Notes: generated from the letters alone by a model not told the origin. Positions 13,657 through 27,039 are shown, numbered from the stretch's first letter. The stretch is 64,000 nt of DNA from Piromyces finnis finn (GCA_002104945.1 MCFH01000076.1:1-64000); one strand, 5' to 3'. Program-made: numbers and translations.

Positions 13657-14605
13657 AAAGAAGTCAACTCCATCCTATCAACTGGTGTCAGCGAATTCTT
13701 TATAAAGTATAAAACATGTTATTACAATGAAATTAAATTATTTTTTTTTAAGCTCGTTTTCGTATTACTTCATAATATTTTAATATATTATTTAATAAAC
13801 TTCTTAATTGTTTTATCTAATTTAATTAATAATATATAATCCTTGAATATATTTTATTTATTTATTTAGTTAATCGAATTTATATTGTATCTTCATATTA
13901 AAGAAGTCGACCTGACTCTATCCTTTAAAGAAAAGGTGTCGTCGAGTTCTTTATTTAGTATGAAGTTAAATTATTTTAAAAGTGATTTTAAATATCAAAT
14001 CATTTTCTAACTTCATTAAATAAAATTATATATTTCAAATTTTCAAGTTAAATTAATTTATAGTATTTTCAATTTAATTTATTATATACTATTTCCCAAA
14101 AAGATGTCGATCTGACTCTGTCCTCTAAAAAGGTGTCATCGAAATCTTATTATAATAAAGAATAATTTATTTATTTAACTAACTTTACACATTTATTACT
14201 TTTACTTTTATTGTAAAATTTTAATTCATTTCTTAATTTTAATTTATTATATACTATATCAAAAAGATGTCGCTCAGACTCTATCCTATCAAACGGTGTC
14301 GAGCGAGGTCTTTTAAGTATATAATAAGTTCATTTCAAAATAACAATTAATAATTCATTCAAATAAGTGAAATCAACATACTAATTCACTTATTTCTCAA
14401 TATATTTAAATAATTTTAAAATTTTATTAACTTTTTCTTAATTTTCTTTCTTTTTAAATAAGTTTTAATTTTCTTACTTTGCAATTAATTTTTTGATTTA
14501 ATTTACTCTTTTAATTGTATATATCCAATTTAATTTATAATATACTATGTATAAAAGATGTCGCTCAGACTCTATCCTATCAAACGGTGTCGAGCGAGTT
14601 CTTTT
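13657..14605. repeat. Five dispersed ~50-nt stem-loop motifs (approx. 13657-13701, 13900-13952, 14101-14148, 14262-14314, 14553-14605)
   Basis: Conserved core GACTCTRTCCT...GGTGTC closed by covarying stems; separated by AT-rich spacers. Confidence 0.88.
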
Positions 14606-15127
14606 TATAGTATATTATAATTAAATTTAATTTTAAAAGAGTTTCATCAATTTAAAAACAAGAGTATTTCATATGTATATTTCTATTAGTATTACAGATA
14701 GATTTTATATATAAAGATTTCATTGTTCCATACAGTAGAGTTACACTTATTCCAATTCCAATATAAAAAGGAAAGTTTCACAGAGTGTAAGGAAATGTGT
14801 TCTTAACAATAAAAAATTTATAACAATTTACTAAAATAACTTAGTAAATATAAAACACTTTTATCTTACTGTTAATTATTAATATTTAAAATTATTATTA
14901 AAAACACACAAATTTTAACTTAATAGGTTAGTGTTTAACGATAATTTATTAATTAATAAAAACTCAATTTTTTTTTTTAAATTTAGAAAAATCCACTCGT
15001 ATTTATATAAAAATTTTTAAAATTAATCTAAAAGATTTTTTACAACTTAAATTTCTTAACCAATCAAAGAATTTCGAGTTGATAAAAAATAAAAAAAATT
15101 AAAATAAAAATAAAAAAAGTAATTTAG

Positions 15128-15184
15128 AAGTCTCGAACTCAAGACATTCGGATCAAAGTCTTAGTTACTAACCACTAAGACAAT
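15128..15184 (-). other. tRNA-Gln(UUG)-like relic with A/B boxes in the LTR of I (second copy about 21398-21454)
   Basis: TAGTGGTTA ... TTTGATCCG ... GAGTTCGAGAC at tRNA-like spacing; no acceptor stem. Confidence 0.6.
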
Positions 15185-15449
15185 TTCTTTATTTCTATGA
15201 TTCGTTACATGGCCCTCCTCGAGGATTCGGATACCAGACGAATCGAAAAGAACTAGACTAATTTATTAAATATTTAATTGAGTGAATTTTTTTTTTTTTA
15301 CATTATAAGATTTTAATTACATGAAAATATATTTTAATATACTTAAACTAAAATTAAGAAATAATTTAATTTTTTAATCTCTCTTCTCTTTTTCATTTAC
15401 AAAAAAAAAATTAAAATCAATTATAAATATAAATTAAAGGTTTGATATT

Positions 15450-18400
15450 TCATTTGTTTTCATTAAATTTCTTGAGTAATTCTTCACAATTGAGATTTTC
15501 TTCAGGTTCCCATGAAGCCTCGTTGATAGAGTATCCTTTCCATTTTATCAAATATTGAGTTTTTCCGTAATGTTTCCTTTTATCTAGAATTTCTTCAACT
15601 TCATACTCTTCTTCGTTGTCAACAATGATGGGTGGCGGTGGATGTTGTGATCTTTCGAATTTATCCTTGAAATATGGTTCGAGATTGGAGACGTGGACAA
15701 CAGGATGTATTTTTATTGACTTCGGAAGGTTAAGTTTAAATGAAACATCAGAGATTTTCTTTGAAATTTTAAATGGACCGAGTTTTCTTGGTTTGAATTT
15801 TTTGTTTCCTTTGTGTATAATTAAAGAACTATCTAACCAAACCATATCTCCAACAATGAATTTTGGTGCGTCTTTCCTGAGTTTATCAGCATACTTCTTT
15901 TGGGACTCGATAGCAGCTTTTAAGTTTTCTTTAAGAGTATTAATCAAGGACTTAAAATCTTTTGTATATTCTTCTGCTCTTGGAACATTTGATTGGTCTG
16001 GAATAATTGGTGAATGTCTTGGATGGAAACCGTAGTTTGCATAGAATGGTGAAATTTTTGATGATTCTTGAACTGAATTATTATAACTGAATTCAGCAAG
16101 ACTAAGAAAATTTTTCCAATCGGACCCTTTATAGTTTGAGAAGCATCTTAAGTATTGTTCAATAACGGAGTTTACCCTCTCCGTCTGACCATTTGATTGA
16201 TGATGGAATGGAGAAGAAAACTTAAGATCAATAAAAAGGGAAGAACAAATAGATTGGAAAAATTTGGAGGTAAATTGAGAACCTCTATCAGTTATAATAG
16301 AAGAAGGTAACCCATGAAGACGAAATATATTATCAATGAAAGCGGAAGCTGTTTCTGATGCAGAAGGAATACCTTTAAATGGGATAAGATGAATCATTTT
16401 AGTAAGATGATCGATAGTTACCAGAATACAAGTGTAACCAGATGAAGAAGGAAGATCAGTAACAAAATCCATTGAAATAGAAGACCAAGGTCGATCGGCT
16501 ATTTCAAGGGGGTTAAGGAGACCGTAAGGTTTATGATGGGAATTTTTTGAACGGCAACAGGTTTCACAAGAGCGAACGTAGTTTTTAACATCGGTTGTAA
16601 GTGAAGGCCACCAAAAATCTCTAGAAATAAGAGAAATAGTTCTTTTAATGCCAAAGTGACCAGCGGAAGGAGAATCATGACAAAGTTTAAGAATAGAGAG
16701 GCGGCATTTGGAAGGAACGTAAATGCGATCAGCAAAAAGGAGAAAGCTATTACTTAGAGAAAATTTGTCGATTTGGGGGTGAGGAATTGGAGGCTTCCTA
16801 CAATCGAGGTAATCACAAATTTTATTATAGAGTTCATCGTTATTGTATTCGGAGAGGAAAGAATCACTTATGGTAGACACTGAAGTTACAATAGCACAAA
16901 AATTTTCAGGACGTAAAACATTGAAAGGAATATCGGATGAAGGATTTGAATTAGCGGCATAATCAGAACGACGGGAAAGAGCATCAGGTTTACCGTTAGA
17001 AGAGCCAGAACGGTAAATAATAACAAAGTTAAATTCAGAAAGAAATAGAGCCCAGCGGACAAGACGTTGAGACATCTTTTCTGGTTTCTTTTGGTAAAGG
17101 AGATTTCTATGATCCGAGTATATTTTAAAAGTAGAAGTAGAACCTTTGAGAAGGTGACGCCAAGTTTCCAGAGCTGCGACAATAGCGAGGAGTTCTTTGT
17201 CGTAAATAGGATAATTTCGTTCAGGACCAGTAAGTGAACGGGAAAAGAAAGCAACCGGATGAGTCATATTATCACTAGGAGAAACTTGAGAGAGGATTGC
17301 TCCTATAGCAAAATTACTTGAGTCGGTCTCGACAATAAATGGTAGATCTCGATTAGGAAAAATAAGAACAGGAGCAGAGACAAATAGTGACTTAAGAGTG
17401 TCAAAAGCGACTTGTGCTTCATTGGTCCATAAAAATTTAACATTCTTCTTTAAGAGTTTATGTAATGGATGAGCAATTTTTGCGAAGTTTGGAATAAATC
17501 GTCTATAATAATTAGCGAGACCAAGAAAAGATTGAACTTCTTTAACATTGGAGGGTGTAGGCCAATTTAAAATAGAAGAAACTTTGTTAGGATCCATATG
17601 GATACCATCGGCGGAAATTCTATGACCTAAAAAATCAATAAACGGAACGAAAAATTCACATTTTTCGAGCTTTGCATAGAGGCCAGCAGATCTTAAGAGT
17701 TTTAAGACGGTTTTAACATGTTTTACATGGCTTTCGTAATCTTGGGAAAAAATGATTATATCATCAATATAAGAGAAAGCAAATTTTCCGAGAACTTCTT
17801 CTAGAACGTCATTGATGAAATGTTGAAAAACCGCAGGAGCATTTTTCAACCCAAAAGGCATGACACAATATTCGAAATGACCCAGCTTACAGGTGAAAGC
17901 AGTTTTGTATTCGTCATCGCTTTTAATTCTGACTAAGTTATAAACTGAACGAAGATCCAATTTAGAAAATATTTTTCCTTTTCCGAGGTGTTCTAACATA
18001 TCTTGAATTAATGGAAGCGGATAAGAGTCTCGTATAGTGATTGAATTTAATTGCCGATAGTCAACACACATCCGAAGTTGACCATTTTTCTTAGGGACGA
18101 ATAGAACAGGAGCACCGGCAGGTGATTTAGACTTTCTGATAAAGCCCTTACTAAGGTTTTCTTTGATATATTCCTCTAAAGCGTTAGACTCAGTTTCAGT
18201 TAGAGGATAAATTGGGCCATAAAAAAGTTTGGAATTTTCTTTTAGTTTAATCTCGCAATCATACGGACGGTGAGGAGGTAGCTTATTAGCTGATATTTCA
18301 TTAAAAACATCATGAAATTCATCAAGTTCTTTAGGTAGGAATACAGATTTTGTAGAAGATTTAAGAGTGTCGGGATTTTGATCTACATTGGTGTCATTGG

Positions 18401-19808
18401 ATATAGAATTAATAGAATCAGCACTAGTATTCGAGATTGAAACAAAAGAATTAACGGATTTCTTGGGTTCTTCATTAGAAGAAACGAAAATAGGAAGTGC
18501 TGTTTGAGTATTAGAATTATTCAAGGAAGGGTCAATTGAATTACGAGATTGTACTGAAAATATAGGGAAAGCAGTTTCATTAGAAGTAAATGTAGAATAA
18601 GAGTGTAATGAATCACCAGAAATAGAAACACAATGAGAATAACAATAGTTAGAATTGAAAGTTATATCCTTTGTTGAAAAATCGATGCTTGGATTATGAA
18701 GTATCAACCAGTCAAGACCAAGTATACAACAATACCTTGGGAGGTTTGTGACGTAGAAGTTAGTTTTGCAAACGTGATCTTTATATTTGAGATTGAGAGG
18801 TGGAGTTATACCGAAAATTGCCTGATTACCACCAATGCCAATAATTTTTGGAAGATCACAATGATCGTAATAAGGGATGGAGTTCTCTTCACAATAAGCA
18901 CGATCAATTAGATTAAGTTTTGAACCTGAATCAATAAGAATTTGGACGGAATTTTCAAAGGAAATTTTGAAGTTTGCAACAAAGTCTGAATTTTCAATAG
19001 TTCTTTGACTTGGACGAATTGGTTTAGTTGGAATGGACATAAAGGAAGTATTCGAAGATTTATCCTTCTTTTGCTTTAAAGGACAATTATCAAGTGAATG
19101 ATCGGAAGAGCCACAGTACATACATAAGTTATTTTTTCTTCTTCTGTCCTTTTCAGCTTTGCTTAAAGGTCCATGAAACTTATTTTTATTAGAATTATTA
19201 TTGCTTTTCTTCGGGAAATTATTATTTCTTCTAGATTTATAGTTTTCAGAATTGCTATGACCAAAGAATTTTTTGTTAACGGCGAGTCTTGAATCAATCC
19301 TAGAAGCAATAGTTTGCATAGAAGAAAGATTCTTTGGTCCGGGAAACATCTCAATAATACGTGAAGCAACTTGGTCGACCAAACCTGCCAAAAAAGCATC
19401 CATCTTGGCTTCTTCATTCCAAGAGGAAACATCTGCATATTTATTAAATTCCATGATGTAATCGTTGGCACGGCCGATATTCTTCTGTCTAACCCTCTTA
19501 AGCATTTGGTTAGCAAAGAAAACTTCATCATTGTTCCCATAGAAGGTTTTTAATCTACTGACAAAAGCATCGTAGTTTAGGAGGCATTGATCATGATTTT
19601 CGATTAAGGTAGCTGCCCAATTCAAGGCATTTCCATACAAGCGAGAGATAATGTATAAAATTTTCGTTTCATCATTTTGGTATCTCTCAGGGTAAAGAAG
19701 AAATACTAATTCTATCTTGGCCAGGAATCCTTTTAGAAATCTTTTATCCCCAGCAAATCCATCCTTCAGAGCAGCATTGTCAAAGATGTTTTGATTAATT
19801 TCATCCAT
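15450..19808 (-). CDS. gag-pol: Gag-Pol polyprotein of I with canonical chromodomain
   Basis: [14 protein letters not shown]; LIDSGS; YIDD; integrase HHCC/DDE; [26 protein letters not shown]; close relative of H. Confidence 0.97.
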   Translation of the reverse strand: MDEINQNIFDNAALKDGFAGDKRFLKGFLAKIELVFLLYPERYQNDETKILYIISRLYGNALNWAATLIENHDQCLLNYDAFVSRLKTFYGNNDEVFFANQMLKRVRQKNIGRANDYIMEFNKYADVSSWNEEAKMDAFLAGLVDQVASRIIEMFPGPKNLSSMQTIASRIDSRLAVNKKFFGHSNSENYKSRRNNNFPKKSNNNSNKNKFHGPLSKAEKDRRRKNNLCMYCGSSDHSLDNCPLKQKKDKSSNTSFMSIPTKPIRPSQRTIENSDFVANFKISFENSVQILIDSGSKLNLIDRAYCEENSIPYYDHCDLPKIIGIGGNQAIFGITPPLNLKYKDHVCKTNFYVTNLPRYCCILGLDWLILHNPSIDFSTKDITFNSNYCYSHCVSISGDSLHSYSTFTSNETAFPIFSVQSRNSIDPSLNNSNTQTALPIFVSSNEEPKKSVNSFVSISNTSADSINSISNDTNVDQNPDTLKSSTKSVFLPKELDEFHDVFNEISANKLPPHRPYDCEIKLKENSKLFYGPIYPLTETESNALEEYIKENLSKGFIRKSKSPAGAPVLFVPKKNGQLRMCVDYRQLNSITIRDSYPLPLIQDMLEHLGKGKIFSKLDLRSVYNLVRIKSDDEYKTAFTCKLGHFEYCVMPFGLKNAPAVFQHFINDVLEEVLGKFAFSYIDDIIIFSQDYESHVKHVKTVLKLLRSAGLYAKLEKCEFFVPFIDFLGHRISADGIHMDPNKVSSILNWPTPSNVKEVQSFLGLANYYRRFIPNFAKIAHPLHKLLKKNVKFLWTNEAQVAFDTLKSLFVSAPVLIFPNRDLPFIVETDSSNFAIGAILSQVSPSDNMTHPVAFFSRSLTGPERNYPIYDKELLAIVAALETWRHLLKGSTSTFKIYSDHRNLLYQKKPEKMSQRLVRWALFLSEFNFVIIYRSGSSNGKPDALSRRSDYAANSNPSSDIPFNVLRPENFCAIVTSVSTISDSFLSEYNNDELYNKICDYLDCRKPPIPHPQIDKFSLSNSFLLFADRIYVPSKCRLSILKLCHDSPSAGHFGIKRTISLISRDFWWPSLTTDVKNYVRSCETCCRSKNSHHKPYGLLNPLEIADRPWSSISMDFVTDLPSSSGYTCILVTIDHLTKMIHLIPFKGIPSASETASAFIDNIFRLHGLPSSIITDRGSQFTSKFFQSICSSLFIDLKFSSPFHHQSNGQTERVNSVIEQYLRCFSNYKGSDWKNFLSLAEFSYNNSVQESSKISPFYANYGFHPRHSPIIPDQSNVPRAEEYTKDFKSLINTLKENLKAAIESQKKYADKLRKDAPKFIVGDMVWLDSSLIIHKGNKKFKPRKLGPFKISKKISDVSFKLNLPKSIKIHPVVHVSNLEPYFKDKFERSQHPPPPIIVDNEEEYEVEEILDKRKHYGKTQYLIKWKGYSINEASWEPEENLNCEELLKKFNENK

Positions 19809-19911
19809 TTTGACTTATTATTAGAAGCTTAGATTATTTGACTTTGACTTTTGATTATTGTTAATTGATTTAGGAAGCTTAGACTACCACTTAAACTTGA
19901 GATTATACTTG

Positions 19912-19942
<31 letters not shown>

Positions 19943-21484
19943 TGTCTTGGAATTATGAATTTTGAATTGATTTAAGTTATAATTAGAATACAAAGAAAAT
20001 AATATTTTTAAGAAAATTAAAGAAAGAAAATTTAATATTGTTATTATCAAATTGAGTTACCGACCAAATTATATTTAATAGACTATTGATTAAGGGTCTT
20101 TCGTCCGATAATAGATGTTTCCGTCGCCCTATTCACGCGATCTAAGTTCCGTCACGCGCTTCAGGTTCTTACTATTACCCCTAATATGCCCCTGTTGATA
20201 AATCAATAAGGCCTGTCTATTGCTGAAATATAATTTGTTTAACTCAAAATTGATAAGAAAAGAATATTTCAATTATCAATATTAAATTAAACAAAGCCTC
20301 CAATAAAAAATATTTTTTTTTTTAATGGAACGAATTAAAAGTAAAAGAAAAAGAGAAAGATGTTCTATTAAAAAAAAGTTTTCTTCAATAATTTAAAAAT
20401 ATATGCCAAATTATATAGTGTTAGACCACCAAATATATAATTTGTTATAAACTAATATCTAAGAGTTCCTTTAGCTCTTTTACGATAAAGTAGGTAAAGT
20501 CGAATGTTAATATCTTTCGATAATAGGAAGTAATATTGTTTAATTCTTTATAATAGCTAACTCTTGTTAGTATGAAAGAATTGAACAAATTAGTTTCCCC
20601 GTGTTTCAACTATACCTAAACGCAAAAGTATTATGGTATCAAAGTCTAACTTTTGACGCGTAGGAAGTCAATATTAGTTTATTATATAATATTTTTAAAA
20701 TATTATTAAATAAATCTAATTTTCAAGAAAACTTGAAAAATAAAGTGTTTTATTAAAAACTTCGTTCCAAAAAAAATAAAAAATAATTTAAAATTTATAA
20801 AATAATTATAGTTTTTATTTTTATAAAATAACTTTGAGCGCCTCCTCCACAACTCAAGTGTTGTTACTAGCTATACTCTGTTTTTTTTTTTATAATAAAT
20901 TTTAACTATTTTATTATTTTATATTTTAATTATATATATATATATTTTTTTTAATATGTTTTAAAAGAAAAGCTTCAATAATAAAACATAAGTTTTATCT
21001 ATAACTAATTCTTTAACACTAAGGTATTAAGTCTATTATTATAAAGGAGTTTTTATTGTAAGGAAATGTGTTCTTAACAATAAAAAATTTATAACAATTT
21101 ACTAAAATAACTTAGTAAATATAAAACACTTTTATCTTACTGTTAATTATTAATATTTAAAATTATTATTAAAAACACACAAATTTTAACTTAATAGGTT
21201 AGTGTTTAACAATAATTTATTAATTAATAAAAACTCAATTTTTTTTTTAAATTTAGAAAAATCCACTCGTATTTATATAAAAATTTTTAAAATTAATCTA
21301 AAAGATTTTTTACAACTTAAATTTCTTAACCAATCAAAGAATTTCGAGTTGATAAAAAATAAAAAAAATTAAAATAAAAATAAAAAAAGTAATTTAGAAG
21401 TCTCGAACTCAAGACATTCGGATCAAAGTCTTAGTTACTAACCACTAAGACAATTTCTTTATTTCTATGATTCGTTACACAGAG

Positions 21485-21710
21485 TAGAAGTTCCACAAGC
21501 AAAGTTCCACGAGATTCGTTCAAAAGAATTCCACGAAGGAAGGATTTCACAAGGTAGTGTTCCACAAGTAGGTAAAAATTCCACAATTATAGTTCCACAA
21601 AGTAGTGTTTCACAAAATTTATTTAGAATTTCACAAAGTAGGGTAACACAAAATTAATGTTACACTGACAGAAGTTACACCATAAATAGTTCCACAAGGT
21701 AGGCTACTCA
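21485..21710. repeat. Degenerate 9-mer array (RTTYCACAA-like, about 12 copies) in the 5' leader of J
   Basis: gttccacaa, gttccacga, attccacga, atttcacaa etc. spaced 5-20 bp apart; a few further copies at 14740-14785. Confidence 0.8.
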
Positions 21711-22655
21711 AGTAGACAAAAAAAAATTTCCGAAGAGAAAAAATTTCCGAAAAGTTCCAAATTTTCTACGGTAGCAATTCCCAATGTTGTAACTTCAGAA
21801 AATAAAAATTGTTTTATTATTAAATATAAAACGTGTTTTTTAATAAGAAAAGGTAATTGTTATTGTAAAAGTATAAAATTTAAAACAGATTTTATACTTA
21901 AAACAAAACAATTTTTATTAACACAAAAATAAAAAAATAAAACATTAAATTTTTATTTTAAAAAAAAAACATTTTTATTTAAACTCTTAAAAATATTATT
22001 AACTATATAATAGTTAATAATTAAAAAATTGAAAATAACAATTACATCGATTTAACAAATAAAAATTACATGTATTTATATTTTTTCATAATTATATTCT
22101 AATATATTATTCTATTTAAATAAACATATATTTAATATAAAATAAACAAAACTAATTTAATTAAATAATAAAATAACAGAACTAAACTAAACTAATTCAT
22201 TATACTTTTAATTCAATTTGAGTAAACTCAAAATTGAATAAAGCCCATGTATTTTCTATAAATTAATTTAATATTATCAATACTATTCTTAATATATTTC
22301 CTATTGAAATATAAATAAATCTATTTTTAAAACTAAGTTAAAATTATTAAACTATTCTAAATTTAAATAAAAAAGTATAATCTATTCTAAAATTAAATAA
22401 AAAGTATTTGAAAAATATTTTAATTATTTAAAATATTTGAAATATTTAAATTTAATTAAAATTCTTTTATTCCTTAAACTTAAATATTTATCTTAATTTA
22501 AATTTAACGGAATTATTATAAAATAATTTATTATTAAATTATTCCATAAAATTTACTCAAAAATTTTATAATCAGTTTTACTAAATATTAATTTATTATT
22601 TAATAATTAATAATTAATTATTAAATAATCTAAAGATATATCTTATATCTTTACA

Positions 22656-25600
22656 AGTACTTAGTTCCATTAATAACTTTTTCACTAACTATCTTCAATG
22701 GAATTCTTCCTTCAGCAGAATCGGTAGCAATGTTTGGAATTCTAGAAGTTGATTCATTCACTTCAACTTCTCTTTCAACATAAGGTTCTAAGTTCGAAAT
22801 ATGGAAAACGGGATGACATCTTAAACTTTCTGGTAGTTCCAATTTATAAGAAACGGGTCCTGTTTTTTCAATAATCTTAAATGGTCCAAGTTTCTTATTT
22901 GTTAATTTTGGAGGTCCTTTAGGAAGTAAGTCAGGACGCTTTAACCAAACTAAGTCACCAACCTTTAACTTAGGTCCAATAAGTCTAATACAATCGGCAT
23001 ACTTCTTATATCTTTCCTTGGCTTTTTCTAAGTTCTTCTTTAAAAATTTAATATTATCTTGCATCTGAGAGGCGTGCCTGTTAGCTCTTCTATTGTCGCT
23101 ATCAGCAGGAATTTCGGTACTAAATCTTGGATTTTGCCCATAATTTGTAAAGAATGGTGTTTGATTTATGGATTGCTGAAGTGTATTATTATACGCAAAT
23201 TCAGCATAAGGCAAAAGGTTCATCCAGTTATCTTTTCTTTTGTTAATATAACATCTAAGAAATTGTTCTAAAATACTATTTACACGTTCAGTCTGCCCGT
23301 CTGTTTGAGGATGATGAGCACTCGAGATATTGTGCTTTATGTTCAACAAAGTGCATAATCTTTGCCAAAATTCTGAAGTAAACTGGGTTCCTCAATCCGA
23401 TATTATTTCATCAGGTAGACCATGTAAACGAAAAACTTCTCTAAAGAAAACATCAGCAGCAATTTGAGCAGTAGGAATCATTCTAAACGGAATAAAGTGA
23501 GCCATCTTCGTTAATCTATCCACAACAACCATTATAACTGTTTTTTCCTTTGACTTTGGCAAATCAGTTATAAAATCCATTGAAACAGAAGACCACGGTC
23601 TTTCAGGAGTAGGTAACGGCTGTAAAAGTCCATAAGGTCTATGACGCTCAACCTTAGCAGCTCCACAAACTTTACAAGAAGCAATAAACTTAACTATATC
23701 TTGAGTCATGTTTATCCAAACAAAGTTTCTTGTAATTAATTCTTTTGTTTTGATAATACCAAAATGACCATGAATTGGATTATCATGATGCATCGAGATT
23801 ATTGTATTTCTCATTTTCTTTGGTACATAAATTAAACTTTTATACAAAAGAATTCCTTCTTCACTTAACTTAAAATTTTTCATTAATTTCTTATACTTCT
23901 TATTTGCGGTAGATTTTCCTTGTAGTATTTTTATTAACTCTTTAATTTCTTCATCTTCTTTAATTTCTTTAATTAAATCTTCTTTAAGATTTCCTCGAAT
24001 AGACACAAGACATAAAGTATCTTCAATTTCTTTGACTGTAAAACAGGAATAAGCTTCTTCATCTTCTTTATTAATTTTTTCCTTTTCATAATCAGGGCGT
24101 CTTGAAAAAGCATCAGGTTTTCCACCTTCTTTACCCGGTCTATATTGTATTTTGAAGTCATAACGTGTTAAGAACAAATTCCATCGAATTTGTCTTTGCG
24201 ATAATAATTCGGGCTTCCTTGGAAAAGTAAGATTTTTATGATCTGTGTAGATCATAAATTGATGCTTAGCTCCTTCTAAGTAATGTCTCCATTGTTTCAA
24301 AGCTTCAATAACAGCCAAAAGTTCTTTATCATAAATTGGGTAGTTCTTTTCCGATTTAGTCAATCCTCTTGAATAATAACAAATTGGATGAAGCTCGTTA
24401 TTATCCGGTAATCTTTGAGATAATACGGCACCGATTGCGAAATTACTTGCATCTGTCTCAACCACAAAAGGTAATTCAGGATCAGCATGAATTAAAATTG
24501 GTTCCTCGGTAAAGAATTTCTTTAATATACAAAAAGCTTCATTACATTCTTCTGGCCAATGAAAATTGACATCTTTCTTAGTTAGATTATGTAACGGTTT
24601 AGCAATACTAGCAAAGTTTGGAATAAATCTTCTATAATAATTGCATAATCCAATAAACGACTGAACTTCTTTAACAGATGTTGGCACAGGCCATTCCATA
24701 ATAGCTTTAACCTTTTTTGGATCCATAGAGATTCCCTTATCTGAGATAACATGCCCTAAGAAAGTAGTTTCTGAAGTTTCAAATTCACATTTGCTAAGTT
24801 TCCCATAAAGACCATTTTCTTTTAATCTTTGAAGAACTTTCTTTACATGCTTTCGGTGTTCTTCCAAGTTTTTCGAATAGATAAGAATATCATCAATATA
24901 AGAAAAGGCGAATTCATCCAAGTATTCCCCGAGAACATCATTGATAAAATGTTGGAAAGTTGCAGGAGCGTTTTTTAATCCAAACGGCATGACAAGATAT
25001 TCAAAGTGACCAAATCTTGTCCTAAATGCAGTCTTATATTCATCACCTTCATTTATTCGAACTAGATTATAAGCAGACTTGAGATCAAGTTTAGTAAAAA
25101 CTTTGGCTTCTCTTAATCTATCGAATAATTCAGATATGAGAGGTAGTGGATATGAATCCCTGATTGTGTTTTCATTGAGTCTTCGGTAATCAACACACAA
25201 TCTTAAAGTTCCATCCTTTTTCCTAACAAATAGCACAGGTGCTCCAGCAGGTGAAGTAGACGGTCTTATAAATCCTTTTTCCAGATTTTCAGAAATATAC
25301 TCCTTTAGCGTATTCCTTTCTTCTTCTGTTAGAGGGTATAAAGGACCATAAAATAAGTTATCTTTATCTTTCAATCTTATTTTACAATCGTATATTCGAT
25401 GTGGAGGTAGTTCATTACACTCAACTTCATCAAATACATTTTCAAATTCCTTATATACATCTGGAATTTCTATAACATTTTCTCTAACATCTTCACCACT
25501 ATTTTCATCATTTGAAAGAACACTACATACAATATACTTTTGAACATTCTTTTTATTTAATTTTAAATTTTTACTACATTTCTTTTTAATACATGAATTT

Positions 25601-27039
25601 TTATTTTTATCTATAATTTTTCTATTTTCTTTATTCTTAATTTCACTATCTCTAATTTTTAAACTATTCTTATAATTGTTAAGTATTTCTTGTACAAGTT
25701 CCTTTTCTTTTCTTCTTTTTTCTTCTTTGGCCAATTGCGCTTCTTGATTTCTTCTTTTCATGTCTTCTGGAGTAGCACAGCAATTCAAAGAACAGAATTC
25801 GGATTTGAATTCAAGAGTTTGATCCTTAAAGCTAATTGTAGGATCGTGTTTTCTTAACCAATTCTTACCCAGAATGACAGAAATACCAGAAGGAAGATCA
25901 GTAAGGTAGAATTGAATGGATTCTTTATGATTCTTGATGTTCATGATTAAAGGAATTGTTTCATACTTCAAGAATCCATTACCACCTATACCTTCAACAA
26001 ACTTATCCTTAAACATTCTTTGGAATGGGATCTTGTACTTGTCCACGGCTTTCCAATCCAAAAAGTCTAAGTCCGAACCAGAATCCACAAGAGCCTTAAG
26101 ATACACTCCATTATTGACTTGTAATAGAATGTCATAAACATTTAACATTCTTCTTTCAGCGGTAGTAGCCATAAACGCTTTTGGTCTATTTATAACCTTA
26201 TCCTTAAGTTGAGGACAATCCTTCTTAATATGTCCAGTCCTTTTGCAGAAGAAACATTTTCTAGGCTTAGCTGAGGTGGTAGGGTTTTCTTGGTCTACAT
26301 AATTTCTATATTTTACACCATAAGAGAGGTACCTTGTTCCTAAGTCTCTGTTATATCTTCGGTTCTTCTTTCCGTCGACATCCATAGGATCCTTTCCGAA
26401 GACTTTCCATTCTACTTCTACATTGGCAGCAACAACATTAATTAACTCAGTTATCTTTCTAATTCTTGGGTAAAGGAGCTTCGCTTTTTCCTTGACTGAA
26501 GTTGGTAAACCTTCCATAAAGAAATGGATCTTTGCTTCATCATTAAAGGACGAGTCTCTAGCCATCTTTTCAAATTCCTCGCAGTAGTCCATGACGTTCT
26601 TGAATTGGCTTGATTTTAACTTTGCAAGTCGACTGTTGGCTACATCGGCACTGTTACAGGTTTTATAGCGAGCCTTCATTGCCTCAATAAAATCTTCATA
26701 GGAGTTCAACAGGGGGCTTTCTTCTCTTTCCAAGTCGGCAAACCATTCGGCGGCGGTTCCTTCCAGGTAGCATCCCAAGATATCCAGCTTGTAGGCGTCG
26801 GTAGCATCTTCTTCTAAGTTATATTTGAAATATTTCTCCAATCTTGCCAGGAAGTAAAGAAGTTCACTTCTTTTTCCTGAAAATCTTGGAGGTTTTGGGA
26901 TGAGTCTTCCCCTGGTGTTAACGCTTTTACCAGTCTCATCCTCAATGTCCATCATGGAACTCGCCTCAGAGCCTGCGTCACTGGCTCCAGCTATTCCATC
27001 ACTACGGTTGTTTATTCTTAAATAACTATTTCTATCCAT
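22656..27039 (-). pseudogene. gag-pol: Gag-Pol of element C, with in-frame TGA at 23392-23394 and chromodomain split by J
   Basis: CFFCKRTGHIKKDC; LVDSGS; YIDD; ORFs 23392-27108 and 22651-23349 share one frame (ISD*GTQF, where ISDRGTQF is expected); likely start ATG 27039. Confidence 0.93.

Larger units (their letters stand above)
14786..21479 (-). mobile_element. Intact Ty3/gypsy chromovirus element I; LTRs 14786-15209 and 21057-21479
   Basis: TG...CA LTRs with about 1 substitution and 1 indel; TSD CAGAG; PPT GAGGAGGGCCA. Confidence 0.97.
4958..22655 (-). mobile_element. Non-autonomous LTR element J; LTRs 4958-5749 and 21864-22655; hosts H and I
   Basis: 792-bp near-identical LTRs; TSD AGTAC; PPT-like AAAGGGCGAGAT; no long ORF in the ~4-kb interior; decayed RT remnant. 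Confidence 0.92.

Noticed and set aside
13657-14605. CRISPR array or known ribozyme interpretation of the stem-loop repeats
   Set aside because: No cas genes, eukaryotic context, and spacers are ~110-240 bp, AT-rich and partly similar to each other. No hammerhead core (CUGANGA...GAAA) or hairpin-ribozyme loop B. The GG-AUA-GA strand resembles a kink-turn, but the partner strand lacks the required GA.
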